A program made the position numbers and the translations under genes. Positions 52,071-64,000 of a DNA stretch of 64,000 bases are shown here, one piece after another. The notes below the pieces were generated by a model. The model ran no database searches. It was not told the DNA's origin and saw only the letters and a program-made list of their open reading frames with translations. Position 1 is the stretch's first letter. Each line of letters begins with the position of its first letter. This DNA is from Lama guanicoe (lineage: Eukaryota), in contig MU056000.1 of the NCBI GenBank assembly GCA_013239625.1, forward strand, positions 11,173,175 to 11,237,174, read 5' to 3'.

Positions 52071-52564
52071 TCTCCCCTCTTTTAAAATTTTATTATTTTT
52101 TTATCCAATTTTTCAAGGTTACTTTACATTTACAGTTATTACAAAATGTTGGCCATATTCCCCGTGTTGTACAATACATCCTTGAGTCTGTTGCTAATCA
52201 TTTGGAAATGCAAGTCAAAATCACAATGAACTATCACCTCACACCTGTCAGAATGGTTATTATCAAAAATAATACAAATAACCAGTGTTGGTGAGTATGT
52301 GGAGAAAAGGGAACCCTCACACACTGTTGGTGGGAATGTAAATTGGTGCAACCACTGCGGAAAACAGTATGGAGGTTTCTAAAAAAACTAAAAATAGAAC
52401 TACCATATGACCTAGGAATGAAATTCCTGGGTATATATTAAAAAAAAAAAAAACCCACTAATTCAAAAAGGTCCATATACCCTGATGTTAACAACAGCAT
52501 TATTTACAATGCCAAGATATGGAAACCATCTAAATGCCCATCAACAGATGAATCCATAAAGATG

Positions 52565-52606
<42 letters not shown>

Positions 52607-52880
52607 GAGTACTAATTGACCATAAAAAAGAATGAAATTTTGCCATTTGCAGCAACGTGGACAAACTTGGAAGGCATTATGCTGAGTGGTATATGTCAGA
52701 CAGAGAAAGACAAATACTGTATGATATCACTTATATGTCGAATCTAAAAAATACAACAAACTAGTGAATATAACAAAAGAGAAGCAGACTCACAGATGCA
52801 GAGAACAAACTAGTGGTTACCAGTGGGGAGGGCAGTCAATCTGGAGTATGGGAGGGGGAGGTATAAACTATTGGGTGTAA
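52071..52880 (-). mobile_element. L1 with 5' inversion; contains (CA)n at about 52566-52603
   Basis: Antisense 3' end 52071 to about 52189, then sense ORF2 end and 3' UTR to 52880; degenerate TSD tgaagaattttctttt / tgaataagttttctttt. Confidence 0.9.
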
Positions 52881-52894
52881 TGAATAAGTTTTCT

Positions 52895-53782
52895 TTTAAT
52901 CTTCGTTTGCTGAGAGTTTTTATTACGAATGGATGTTGGATTTTGTCAAATGCTTTTTTTGGCCAGTATTGATCATCTATTGAGATGATCATCTGGTTTT
53001 TATTTTTCAGTTTTATGAATTAATTAATCACTTTTTGAGTGTTGAACCAATTTTCTATTCCTGGGGAAAAAGCCACTTGCTCATGATGGATTATCCTTTT
53101 ACATTTTACTGGATTTAATTTGTTATTTTGTTAAGGAGTTTTTTTTTTTTAATCCATGTTTGTTTGTGAGGGATTTTGGTCTGTCATTTTTCTTATCTTG
53201 AACTATCTTTGGTTTTGGTGTAAGGATAATGCTGAGCTCCTAACATGTGTTGAGAAGCATTCTTTTATCCTATATTTTCTGGGAGAACTTGTGTCTAGTT
53301 GGTATTCTTTCTTTCTTTCTTTTTTTTTTTAATGCTTGCTTGGCTTCATTTGTTAAGCATTCTGGACCTGAAGTTTTCTTTGTGGAGATATCTTTTAACT
53401 GTAAATTTAGTTTAATGGTTAAATGGCTAATAAGGTTCTTCAAAGAAATTTGGTAATTCATGTTTCTCACGAAATTTTTCAGTTTCATCCATTTTATCAA
53501 AATTATTGGCCCAAAGATTCTCAAAATATTATCTTATTATTCTTTCAAGTCTGAAAGATCTGCAATAATGTGTCCTCTTTTGTTACTGATATTGGTAATT
53601 CTTTCATGGTTTCTCTCTCTTCTTCCTCTTTTCCTCTTGGCCTCTCAGCATATCAGTCTGGCTAAAGGTTTAGCAATTTTACTGATCTTTTTAAAGGATG
53701 AGATTTTGTCACTTTGTTATTTTGCCATTTCAGTTGTATTGACTTTAGCTCTTACAGTCATTCTTCCTTCCTTCCTTTCTTC

Positions 53783-53846
<64 letters not shown>

Positions 53847-56030
53847 TTACTTGGGGTTTAATTTGCTTTTCTTTTTCTAGTAACTTGACGTAGATACTTA
53901 GATTATTGATTTAAGAGCCTTCTTCTTTTCTGATGTCAGTGTTTGATGGCATAACCAACCTCTAATTACTGCCTGAGCTGCATCCCACAAGTTTTGATAT
54001 GTATATTTTCATTTTCAATTCATTCTAAATATTTTTTGATTTTGCTTGTGACTTCTCATGTGTTGTTCTTTCTAAATACTTTCTTATTTTTTTCTATGTA
54101 TAGAAATATTGGGATTTTTCCATTCTTTCAGTTACTGTCTTCTAGTTTAATTCCAATGTCATTAGGAAATGTACTTTGTATGATTTCACTTGTTTTAAAT
54201 TTGCTGAGATTTGTTTTATGACAGAGTGTTTTCTGTTGGGAAAAGTTTTGTTGTGCTCTTCAATATATATTTAGCTATTTTTGGTTTGAATGTTCTTTAA
54301 ATGTAAATTAGGTCAATTAAGTGAATAGTATTGTTCAAATCTTCTGTATCTCCACTAGTTTTTATGGACTTGTTCTATCAATTACTAAGAAAGGGGTGTT
54401 GAAGTCTCTTTGTAAACTATGGATTTTTTAATTTCTCTTTGCAAACCTGTTAGGTGTTGCTTCATATGTTTTGAACCTCTGCTGTTGCAAGCATACACAC
54501 TTAGGATTATTGTCTTCTTAGTGAATTAGTGCTTCATAAAATGTCCCTCTATATCTCTGGTAATATTCCTTTATCTGAAATCAGCTTTGCCTGATAAGTA
54601 ATACAGTCATTCAGAGTTTCTTTTGATTAGTTTTACATCCATTTTCTGTAACCTATCTATGTCTTTTTACTTAGGTGGATTTCTTACATACATCATATAG
54701 TTTGGATCTTAGTTAAAAAAATCCCTTCATTGTTTCTTCATTATATTTTTTCTAATTGGGGTTTTCACACTATTTATGTTTAATGTACTTGTTTATGTGA
54801 TTGGTTTCATATCTACTATCTTCTTAGTTGTTTTATTTTAATCCCATTTGTTTCTCTTTCCTTTCTCCCTCTTTCTGCCTTCTTTTGTGTTGCTTTTTTT
54901 GTGTGTGTGTGTGATTCATCTTATCGCTACTCTTGTTTTTCCATTATCTCTCTTTTTAAATTCTTTATTGGAGGGAGAACTCTCTAGGGTTTCCAGAATA
55001 CATAATTAACTCATTGCAGTCTACCTTCATTTAATACTATAGGGTTTTATAGATGGTGTAAGAACCTTGAACATCTCTTTCCTCTCTCTTATCCTTTGTG
55101 CTGTCATGGCCATGTATTTCATTCCCTTATACATATGTTATAAATCCACAAACCATGTAATTCTGTTGCTCAGACATTCAATTAACATTAGACGTGATTA
55201 AAAATAAGAAAAATATCGTTTAATATTGACCTTCACTTTTATCTTTTATGTAGTTTGCCATTACTTTTTAAAGGTTCAAAGTTTCATGAAGTATTGTGCC
55301 TTCTTTCTGAAGAACTTCCTTAAACATGTTATGTTGTTGTTTTTGGTTTACACCTTGATAATAAGTTCTTTCAGCTTTTGTTTGGCTAATAAAGTTTTCA
55401 CTGTGACTTCATTTATGAAAGGTGTTTTCACAGGGTAGGGGGTTCTGGGTTGACTGTTTATTTTTCTTTAGTGCATTAAGGATGTTACTTTATTGTGTTC
55501 TGCCTTGCATGGCATCTGGCAAGAAGTTTTTGACATTTCTATCTCAGTATGTTAAAATAGTTTTCTCCCCTCAGTGGCTTAAGGCTTATACTTTTAATAA
55601 AAGTAAGATTCAGAACAATGGGGAATGTTCCATGCCTGACCCCAGCAGTAGCTGAGAAGAGGTGTCTCCATTCTCTCAATCTGCCCCCAGTTTTTACCGT
55701 GAGCATCTGGTGGAAGCCAGCAGTAAAAAGGCATATTAATGAGTGAAACTCTGCTGGTCTTTTGGACTTTTCAGCTATTGTAAGCCAACCCCCTAGTCTA
55801 GACGTGGTCTTTAAGACTCCATTGCACTTGTAGCTGATTTCTTCTTACTTACTTGCGTAGTGGCCACCACTTCCTCCCATGCTCTGCCATAGGCTGTCTC
55901 CTGTCTCTTTAGAAATCAATTTCGGCTGCTTTATGAGCTCACTTCTCAGATGAGGATCGCAGTTTTCTGGCCTTTTCTCATTGCTACGGGAGAAGCAACA
56001 TTATTTTGCAACTTTTTGCATCCTAATTTG
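52895..56030 (-). mobile_element. Old L1M, ORF2 endonuclease/RT region and upstream remnants
   Basis: Degenerate ORF2 peptides MIISID...KAFDKIQHPFVIKTLSK and KKTSGPECLTNE. The portion beyond about 55000 is less certain. Confidence 0.75.
53762..53847. repeat. (TTCC)n(TTTC)n microsatellite
   Basis: Directly visible. Confidence 0.95.
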
Positions 56031-57100
56031 CTATGGTTTTGAAGCTGTCTGCCATCCTGGATGCTCTTTTCTGAACAGATTTCAATTTGTTTACAGTCCA
56101 CTTAAGTTACCCCAAATAAAAATAATGCTTCAGGTGAACAGAGTGTTGTAGGGCATATCCATTGCTATATCCTTGTCAGTGTCAGTTCAACTTTTATTAC
56201 ACCATGAGTATCATTGGATCATAATGTGTTTACTGTCAAAATATCTGCCAAGTCTTTTTCATACATCCTGCCATTGCTAAGCCATTTCTTCCCAACTCTG
56301 TATTTTAAATTGTTTTTTTTGATCCTTTGAGCAACGTTTTAGAAATTGTGATTTTAAGTTATAGTTTGGGAATTAATATAATCTCTTCAGACTACCCAGA
56401 TTTGGGAGATCCTGATTTTTTATTTAACAGAGTTGCTGTTCCTTCAGTTAGTCACGGATGAAACTTGACTAGGTCACAGTTGAGTCCAAAGAGAGATCGG
56501 CTAGAAATACCTCCTCCCAAATTTGACATCCATTCATGAATTGGTATGTTTAACTTGATAAAATCCACTTAAGTGATCTTGTCTTTATCATTTATTTTTC
56601 TTGGTCACACGATTGATTACATTATCCCCTTAATAATCCATATTAATAGCCATAGTTTGGAAAGGACACATGCTCATTTTTTGAAAATCATAACAACATC
56701 TGTCCATTTATTGTCATATTCTTCTGGCATCCTTTTCATTTTTTATAATTATTCCACCATCGTGTTCAGTGATTTTTAGGTACATGTTTTATTGGTATTC
56801 TGGGACATTTTAAATCTGACGCAGAAAACTGGAACTCCCTTGGGTCATAGAGCAGCTAGTCTCGTGTTGTTTTTTTCTTGTTTGGATTCATATGCATTTA
56901 CCTATATTTGTTCACCATTTTTAAGTGGTGGTTCACATGCATTGTCAGGGAAAACAAAAATAATGTAGGAGATCTCTCTTTGCCGTTTCTTATTTTCTGT
57001 TGGCTCTCAGCACAGCTTTTAGCCCTGACATCTTCATTGATCATTTATTAATTTGACATTAAGTCTTCGATTTTAACCTCAGTACTCTTTTACAAGTTAC
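56030..57100 (-). mobile_element. Possible ancient CR1/L3 LINE fragments
   Basis: Weak patchy resemblance only. Confidence 0.3.
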
Positions 57101-57989
57101 ATTATGACTTTGTTTGTAGGATTACTCTATGGTAAAAATTCAGACTTCCCTATGTACTTTGTTCCAACTTTTTATCAAATAAAAGAGAAAATTTATGGGA
57201 CTATATTGATGGACTACAGTAAATTCTAGTTGCTCGTTCATCATATTGGAAGCTTAGGCATAAATGGTAGTAAATATGTACCAACACCAATCATAGGCTA
57301 ATATTCCGTGTATAGACTGGATGAAGCAGGCACTCCATTTGGAGTGTATTCTTTTTTTCCCTTTTTATAGTTATAATGACTGCCAGAATGTTGATCAAAT
57401 TTAATTTAAATCCATTTGTTTTGGGCCAATTCCATCTGATGGAATCAAAGCTTCACTGTCTGAAGTAAGTAGACAGGGCAGGAAAGAAAACACCATTAAA
57501 TGGTAGCCTACTAGCTGCAGAGCTCTAGTTTCTCAAACTTGAACCTCTTATTCCTGGAAAAGAGGACTGTAGTTGATAAACTTCAGCAGCGTTTCCTACA
57601 AGTTAGAGTGAGACTCAGTTGTTGCATTTCATTTGGGTACCACTTCGTTTGTCAATGGAAGTGGGCTGGCCAGTTTGCTCTCTGTTGACCAAGGCTGTGT
57701 CTGGCGGGCTAGGCAGTGTAGTTGCCAATTTGGCTTTGACATCACACACATCTGTTATTTTCTTCTCCAGACCTGCTTCCCTTTTGTACTTCATCTCTCC
57801 CTTTACATCTAGATTCAAACCATCTTCCAAACTTAAAAATCTGTCTTGACTCCTCCTTCCTGTGTGCCAACCTTCAGATGATATCTAGGCCTTTGAGTCT
57901 CCCAAAGAGCCCTGAAATCTGTTCTTTCTCCCCTTCATTCCAACCCTTAGACCTTTGATTTGGGCCCCATTCCTCTAGCCTGTAGGAGC

Positions 57990-58170
57990 CTTTCATCTGG
58001 GTTTAAATGTCTGCCCTGAAATTGTGTAATGTGAGAGGAATAACGTCTTTGAGCCTCTGTTTTCCTCCTCTTAAAAATGTCAACAGTAATAATACCTATT
58101 TCCCAGGTAGCTAAGTGTTCTGTGAGCACAGTAACCAGGCTGGTAATGAACATTCATTATTTGTATCATC
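57990..58170 (+). mobile_element. MIR fragment
   Basis: ctgggtttaaat, tgagcctctgttttcctcctcttaaaaatg, taataatacctat. Confidence 0.65.
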
Positions 58171-58559
58171 ACTGCTGCCACTTCCATTATCACCCCCACC
58201 CCGTACTGCAAATACAATCTGATCAGTCGTCTCTCTACTTAAAATCTGCCAGGGGCTCTCATCAGCTACAAAAGCCAGTTCTCACTTCTTAATGAGGCGT
58301 AAGTGACGCTCTCAATCTTGACTCTCTTTAAAGCCACACCCCTGGACGCATTAAGCTGTTATTTCTGTCCTTGTCTTTCTACCCGCTAACTGAAACGTTC
58401 ATATTCCCCTTTTCTACTGACCAGCTCCTACTTTCTTCCTCAAGATTGTATCAGAGCTCTCCAGTTACTTCTCAGTGCCCATCCCCCTGCTTCTTTAGTG
58501 GTAGAACTTCTAAATTATGGCATGTTTTCATGGGAACCTGTTTTCTTGGATTAAAGAAT

Positions 58560-58920
58560 ACATTTTCCAGAAACTTGGTATAACCATGTGACTCAGTTGT
58601 GCGCAGTGTTCAGTAAATGACATTGCACATGTGCCTTCTGGAGGAGATCATTAAAGGGAAGGAGCATGCCCATTTCTTTATCCTTTCTTTCTTAGTGTCG
58701 ACTGATGGCTGGATCTTGAGCAGCCATCTTAGAGCCTGAGGTGGAAAGTCATATTTGAAGGGTGGCAGCGCAGAAAGATAGAAGCAACTTGGGTCCCATC
58801 TGTCCTGTCCTACTAACCTCCTGGCTGTTAATATGATTAAAAAGCCCAACAATGAAATGTACCCAATTTATATTGCAATTTTAGGACTTCCACTATTTGT
58901 AGCAGAACTCATTTCTAAAA
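58560..58920 (+). mobile_element. MaLR LTR fragment, MLT1J-like
   Basis: gatggctggatcttgagcagccatcttag, ggtggcagcgcagaaagatagaagcaacttgggtccc. Confidence 0.7.
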
Positions 58921-59014
58921 GATTGAAGAACTAGCTCAAGAGTCATTCTTCAGCTATGCACTCAAAACCTTTTGTGTATCCTACAATTATATTTCATATC
59001 AAATGACATATCTA

Positions 59015-59340
59015 TGCTTCATTCAGTTCTCTCATCTGTAAAAGAAGGATGAAAATAAAAGAGCCTCCGTCTGAGGCTTGTTACCTTGAATAAGTGAGAC
59101 AATGCATATAAAATGCTCAGGACCATATCTTACTTAGCATAAGGGATCAATAAATATGGAGGCTTTATTGACATTGTTCTTGTTGTTTCTGTCACTGCCA
59201 TTTCTGCATCACACACTAGAGAAAGACCTCTTCAAAATCTAGATCTTTGTTCTCCTAATGTTCTAGCTCAGGTTTTGGCACATTAAGCAGATGTTAATGA
59301 AGTGCTCTCTGTCAATGAATTAAAGAAAATGAATGGAACT
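59015..59340 (+). mobile_element. MIR fragment followed by L2 3' end
   Basis: cagttctctcatctgtaaaagaaggatga, gagacaatgcatataaaatgctcag; then ttggcacattaagcagatgttaatgaa, aatgaatgga. Confidence 0.6.
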
Positions 59341-59376
59341 TGTCAGAGCACTGAAGTGTAGAATTTTAACGCATAA

Positions 59377-59802
59377 TATGGTAGCCGGGAAAATGCAATT
59401 CTCAGATGTCTTACTGAGGGAAGCATGATTGACTGATGGCTCCAAGTACTGTGCTCTGACCCATCACTGCGCTTACCCTAAGGCTCTGCTTCCCGTGGCT
59501 GCTCCCAGCCAATGACTGACCCTACAGGGATACCAGGTGAGACACAGGACTGCTCTGTTTTGGCTCTTTGATTCCTCCCTCTTGGCTTTGCCAAAACTTT
59601 TTAAAAACTACACTACACTGCAGTTTAAGACTCTTTCTACCTTCCTTCTTCCCATCCCTCCTTCACAAGCACCAGGCATCTTGTTCTGACAACTCTCCCT
59701 GTATCCTCCAGCTATTTTCACCTTTTTTCCTTGCAGGTACATTTCCCAATAAATTACTTGCAAATCTAATCCTGTATATTTCTCAGAGGACCCAAACTGA
59801 CA
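59377..59802 (+). mobile_element. ERVL LTR, LTR16-like
   Basis: gctgctcccagccaatgactga, cccaataaattacttgca, tctcagaggacccaaactgaca. Confidence 0.75.
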
Positions 59803-59869
59803 TATTCAGTGGTCATTATTCATATCAACTTAGATTAAGAAAGGAGGCTTGTTTATATAAACTTCAATA

Positions 59870-60195
59870 TTGTAGTAAATCATTGTTTCAAAGCATTTGC
59901 TGCCCCTTCTTGAGGGAGGACTATGCATCCCTCTTCATCAGTGCCAAGCTTGGCCACGTCATTTCTTCTGCTAATGAAATCTGAGTAGAAGTGATGTTTC
60001 TTCCAGGTGGAAACTTTGAGACAGACATCTTTTGGTTTGTCTGTTCTCCTTTCCCTGTGCCACAAAGATCACAGTGCATCCAGACAGAGACTGCCATGAG
60101 GGTATGGTCTGCAGTAGACATACAGCAAGTGCAACGAGTAAGCTTGTATTATTCATGTTTGTTATTGCAGCTAACTTTGCCTAAGTAGATTGATA
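59870..60195 (+). mobile_element. MaLR LTR fragment (MLT1H/I-like)
   Basis: gcttggccacgtcatttcttctgctaatgaaatctgagtagaagtgatg, ttgttattgcagc. Confidence 0.6.
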
Positions 60196-60409
60196 TGTGT
60201 GTTGAATTTTAATTTAGTAGAGCAATCAACTCTAACAGTCTACATTAAGAGCTAAAAGCATGACCATTCCATCTGAACCAGGCCAAGAACTTACGTTGAA
60301 GTTTCCTGTGAAAGTAAAAATAACTGATAAAATTTATGATTTTACTATTGATCATATGGATGTTTCTTTGGTACATCTCTCTCACTTAAAATTAAGAAGT
60401 CTTTCTCCA

Positions 60410-61128
60410 AAAGGGAACTCTCCTACAGTGCTGGTGGGAATGTAGTTTGGTGCAACCAATTTGGAAAACAGTATGGAGATTCCTCAAAAAACTAAAAATA
60501 GACTTACCATATGATCCAACAATCCCACTTCTGGGTATATATCTGGAGGAAACTCTAATTCAAGAAGGTATGTGCACCCCAAGGTTCACAGCAGCACTAT
60601 ATACAATAGCCAAGACATGGAAGCAATGTAAATGTCCATGGACAGGTGACTGAATAAAGAAGTATATTTATGCTACGGAATACTACTCAGCCATAAAAAA
60701 GAATAAAACAATGCCATTTGCAGCAACATGGATGGACCTAGAGATCGTCATTCTCAGTAAAGTAAGCCTGAAAAAGAAAGAAAAATAGCATCTGATATCA
60801 CTCATATGAAATCTAAAAAAAAGAAAAGGCACACTATGAACTCATCTATAAAACACAAACAAACTCACGCAGACATAGTAAACAATCTTATGGCTACTAG
60901 GGAAAGGGGGTAGGAAGGGGTAAATTTGGGAGTTTGAGATTTGCAAATGTTAGCCACTATATACAAAAATAGATTAAAAAATAAGTTTCTTCTGTGTAGC
61001 ACAGGGAATTATGTTCAATATCTTGTAATGACCTTTAATAAAAAATTTGAAAATGAATATATGTGTGTATATGCATGACTGGGACATTGTGCTGTACACC
61101 AGAAATTGACACATTGTAACTTAAAAAA
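60410..61128 (+). mobile_element. 5'-truncated L1, same type as 18535-19200
   Basis: ORF2 peptide [26 protein letters not shown] aagaagtctttctcca (60394-60409) and aagaagtccttctcca (61129-61144) at a TT/AAGA endonuclease-type site. Confidence 0.93.
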
Positions 61129-63739
61129 AAGAAGTCCTTCTCCATATTTTCACATTTGTTTTTGTGCTAGGTTTTAGGTCACCTGACTACTTTCTCTAAG
61201 ATTTCCTTCAGTGCATCAGAGCCATCCCACTGGTCAGTGGACACAACATATAGTGCAGATCTTTAGTTTACTATGTATCCTGACCACAGTCAAAGTCAAA
61301 GGAATAAACAACTTATTTGTAATTTCCAAAAAGTTCCTCATCTTTGTACATATATAGCCCTGCTCCTTCTTATCCTGTCCTTTATCTGATACGTAATTCT
61401 CCCCAAACTTACCCTCTGACCTTACTCCAAGGTAGAGCTGAGTGGAAAGTAGTACTTTGCATTCTCCTTTAGTTACTGTTTTACTTCATTTGCATAGATC
61501 TTCTTTCCTTATTATCGTGATAAGGGAGCCTCCAAGAGTCAAGGTTACTGAGAGTGGTGCATGTTTTGTTCAATTTCAGCAGGATCTTTGCTCCACTTGA
61601 ACAATTTCAAGTGTGTTCTCTGCCCCTTCTGTTGTGATGGAAAGAATGCAAAGTTTCTGTGGCTCTCTGCTTTTTATTTTGTCTGCTTTTCAGTGTGGTT
61701 CTATGATCTCCTAGGACAAATACTCTTCCCTAAACTCATTAACGAAATCTCTTTAATTTCACCTAACCCTGATACCATCTTCTCCAGTACAATCAATTCC
61801 AATTAAATCAATAATGCCACACTCAGCAGTATTTTTTCTGAAAGTTTTGCCCATATTTTTAAATTTAATCCTCTGCTGTGTTAGAAGTACAATGTAAAAA
61901 CAGAAATTATTTTCTTTTTAAATAAATATTAGGTTGGATTAATGAATACTTGAAATTTTTAGGACTCATGATTAAAAGGTTCCCGACTCTGACTTTGGGT
62001 TTGAGATGAAACTGACTGCTCTGTGCCTCCAGATGACTCATCTTTAGGTTCAGTGACCAAGGAAATGAGTAGCTGTGATCACTGGCCATGGGTTCCAGTT
62101 ATGTTAGGCGTGGTCCATTTGAGAGCTCAATGCTGAATTGGAAACAAAAAAGATGTTTAGATGGCTTGGTTCATTCAACAATATGAATATCCAGCTTTGA
62201 TTTCTAGGGTCATTTTGAAGGCCTGGTCTGCTCTATTAATGAGGATGTGTACAGAGAGAAATATAGAACCTTTTTAAAGCATTTTGAGTGCTTTGAGTCA
62301 GCAAGGCATCTTATTAAAGAAGTCTCTTTTGCTGTAAGTGTTTATAGAAAGTTTGAAACTAGCCCTGTTGGTAGGCGCTACTAATGTTAATAATATTAGC
62401 TTCTATACCAATGATCTTAAACTTAGGGGAAAAAAAAACCTGAATTCATGCCATGACTAAACTCTGGGTTGTGTCGATAACAGGGACCCCTATTTTTCTT
62501 ACCTTTTAGGGAAAGAGAAAGCCATGGTTATCTTTACATATATATTGCTTAGCTATATAAAAATACAACAAAGAGGGATATTTCAAGACATCTTAATGTC
62601 TCTAAATGGATTTCTTCCAGGAACATTAGCAAGTAATGCCTTTAAACTACTTGAAAGAGGTATTATTTTAAAGAGCTTTAACTCTTTGAAATATCCTTAA
62701 AGTTTGTTTTATGTGGTTGAAACACTTTTGGCCAGTATTACGTTTCTTTTTCCTCCTGTTTAAAGTTCGATGTATTAACAATGTTTTCATTTAGTTTCTA
62801 AAAATGATTCTGTTTTCATCGAGAGATTTTATGCTGGAAATAACGTTCTAGGAGGTCTTTTAAAATCTGAAATTGTAAATTCAAAACTGATTTTGTAATT
62901 TATTTTCCTAAATTTAATTCCTGCCAGTTACCTACCTGTCCTTTTTTTTTTTTTTCCTATTTTGGAAAATGTATTTGATTGCTATTTTTAGCCTCTTTTG
63001 AATGTTCTACCAGATTTTCCAGATGATCCAAATATGACTTGAGAGAAATACTGAAAGGATATTGAATGGAGTTTCCTTGAGCTTTTAAAATTCATTGAAC
63101 TTAGAGAAAAATGCTAAATAATCTGACTGAATAATACTCATTCTCATTGATGACTTTTAATACTTTAGAAGTACAGTCATCTATTAATCATTTAGTTAGC
63201 AGAATAAACTTTTGGAATGAGTCTTAGTGACTATACTGATGGTAAACATTGATCATAAAACATAGAAACAAATTTCTAATCATACATTATTCTTCAACAT
63301 GAATTTTGTCCTTTGGAGTAGTCACCTGGTAAGAATTGCACTGATTCCATCATGTTACCTCTGCTTAAACAATTTTGGGTCTCGTTGGAATTGTCTTTAG
63401 ACTCTACACCACAGAATAAAATTAATGGTACTCTTAGGTATATTTCATTTTTGACCCCTAATTGTATCCCCAAGCCTGATCATTTTATTTGTACATCTTG
63501 GCTCCTCGTTATTTTTGTAGTATTCAGTAAACACATCTTTAAAGAACAGAGGTTTATGTTTTAAATGTTTTAAACTTTGAAATTCCAAAAGGAAGAAGTC
63601 CAAAAAAATATGTGACTCAATGGCCGCATACCGGGAAAAGCATGTAATTCCTTGAGTGAATTACCTTGCAAGTGAGAACATGCATTTGGATATAAGTCTG
63701 GCGTGCTGGGGAGATCGGTCTCACTGCACTGTGATGTTA

Positions 63740-63875
63740 CAGAGGGGAAATCTAAGTATAAGCTTTAATGAGTCCTGGTTAGTCAAAAAGAGTTCCACTG
63801 CTTGTTAACTGTGTGATACCAGGCATCTTTCTGAGTTAGCATTTCCTCAGCTTGAAGTGGAGTTGTGAGAAGCAG
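63740..63875 (+). mobile_element. MIR fragment
   Basis: ccactgcttgttaactgtgtga, tctgagttagcatttcctcagcttgaagtgg. Confidence 0.55.
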
Positions 63876-64000
63876 CCTTGCAGATCAGGGTAGGCACTGG
63901 TGGTACTTCAATGCCTAGGGTCACTCCAGGGTCAACAGTGATGCCGTAAATGAGGTTGGGGCTATCAAAATATCTGCACGTAGCTCATAGAATGCTTTAC

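Larger units (their letters stand above)
13491..64000 (+). other. FBXL7: 5' part of the long FBXL7 intron 2
   Basis: Begins GTAGGC. The exon-3 peptide (DSDLSMRTLSTPSP...) is not seen in the ORF track. Confidence 0.8.

Noticed and set aside
53460..53861. Hydrophobic 133-aa membrane-protein-like ORF
   Set aside because: Artefact of T-rich antisense L1 plus a (TTTC)n microsatellite.
1..64000. A novel multi-gene system, CRISPR array or prokaryotic-type operon
   Set aside because: The sequence is a repeat-rich mammalian intron. I saw no regularly spaced repeat-spacer array, no long ORFs and no foreign-looking segment.

Overview
Mammalian genomic DNA, most likely a camelid (inferred from a tRNA-Ala-derived vic-1-like SINE and the young L1 3' ends). 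The whole window appears to lie inside the FBXL7 gene on the + strand. The only host coding sequence I can support is the 90-nt exon at 13401-13490, whose peptide matches FBXL7 exon 2 as I recall it; everything upstream would be intron 1 and everything downstream intron 2. The introns carry many transposon relics: young 5'-truncated L1s with target-site duplications (TSDs), older L1M, L2, MIR, MaLR/ERVL/ERV1 solo LTRs, Tigger and hAT DNA elements, and microsatellites. Apart from 13289..13588 (which contains the exon) and several L1 ORF2 fragments, the listed ORFs look like chance ORFs. I found no convincing new biological system. The best leads are splicing features at and near exon 2, several repeat-free motif-dense or hairpin elements, and mechanistically informative L1 insertions. 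Repeat subfamily names come from remembered consensus sequences, not a database search, and most old-repeat boundaries are approximate.
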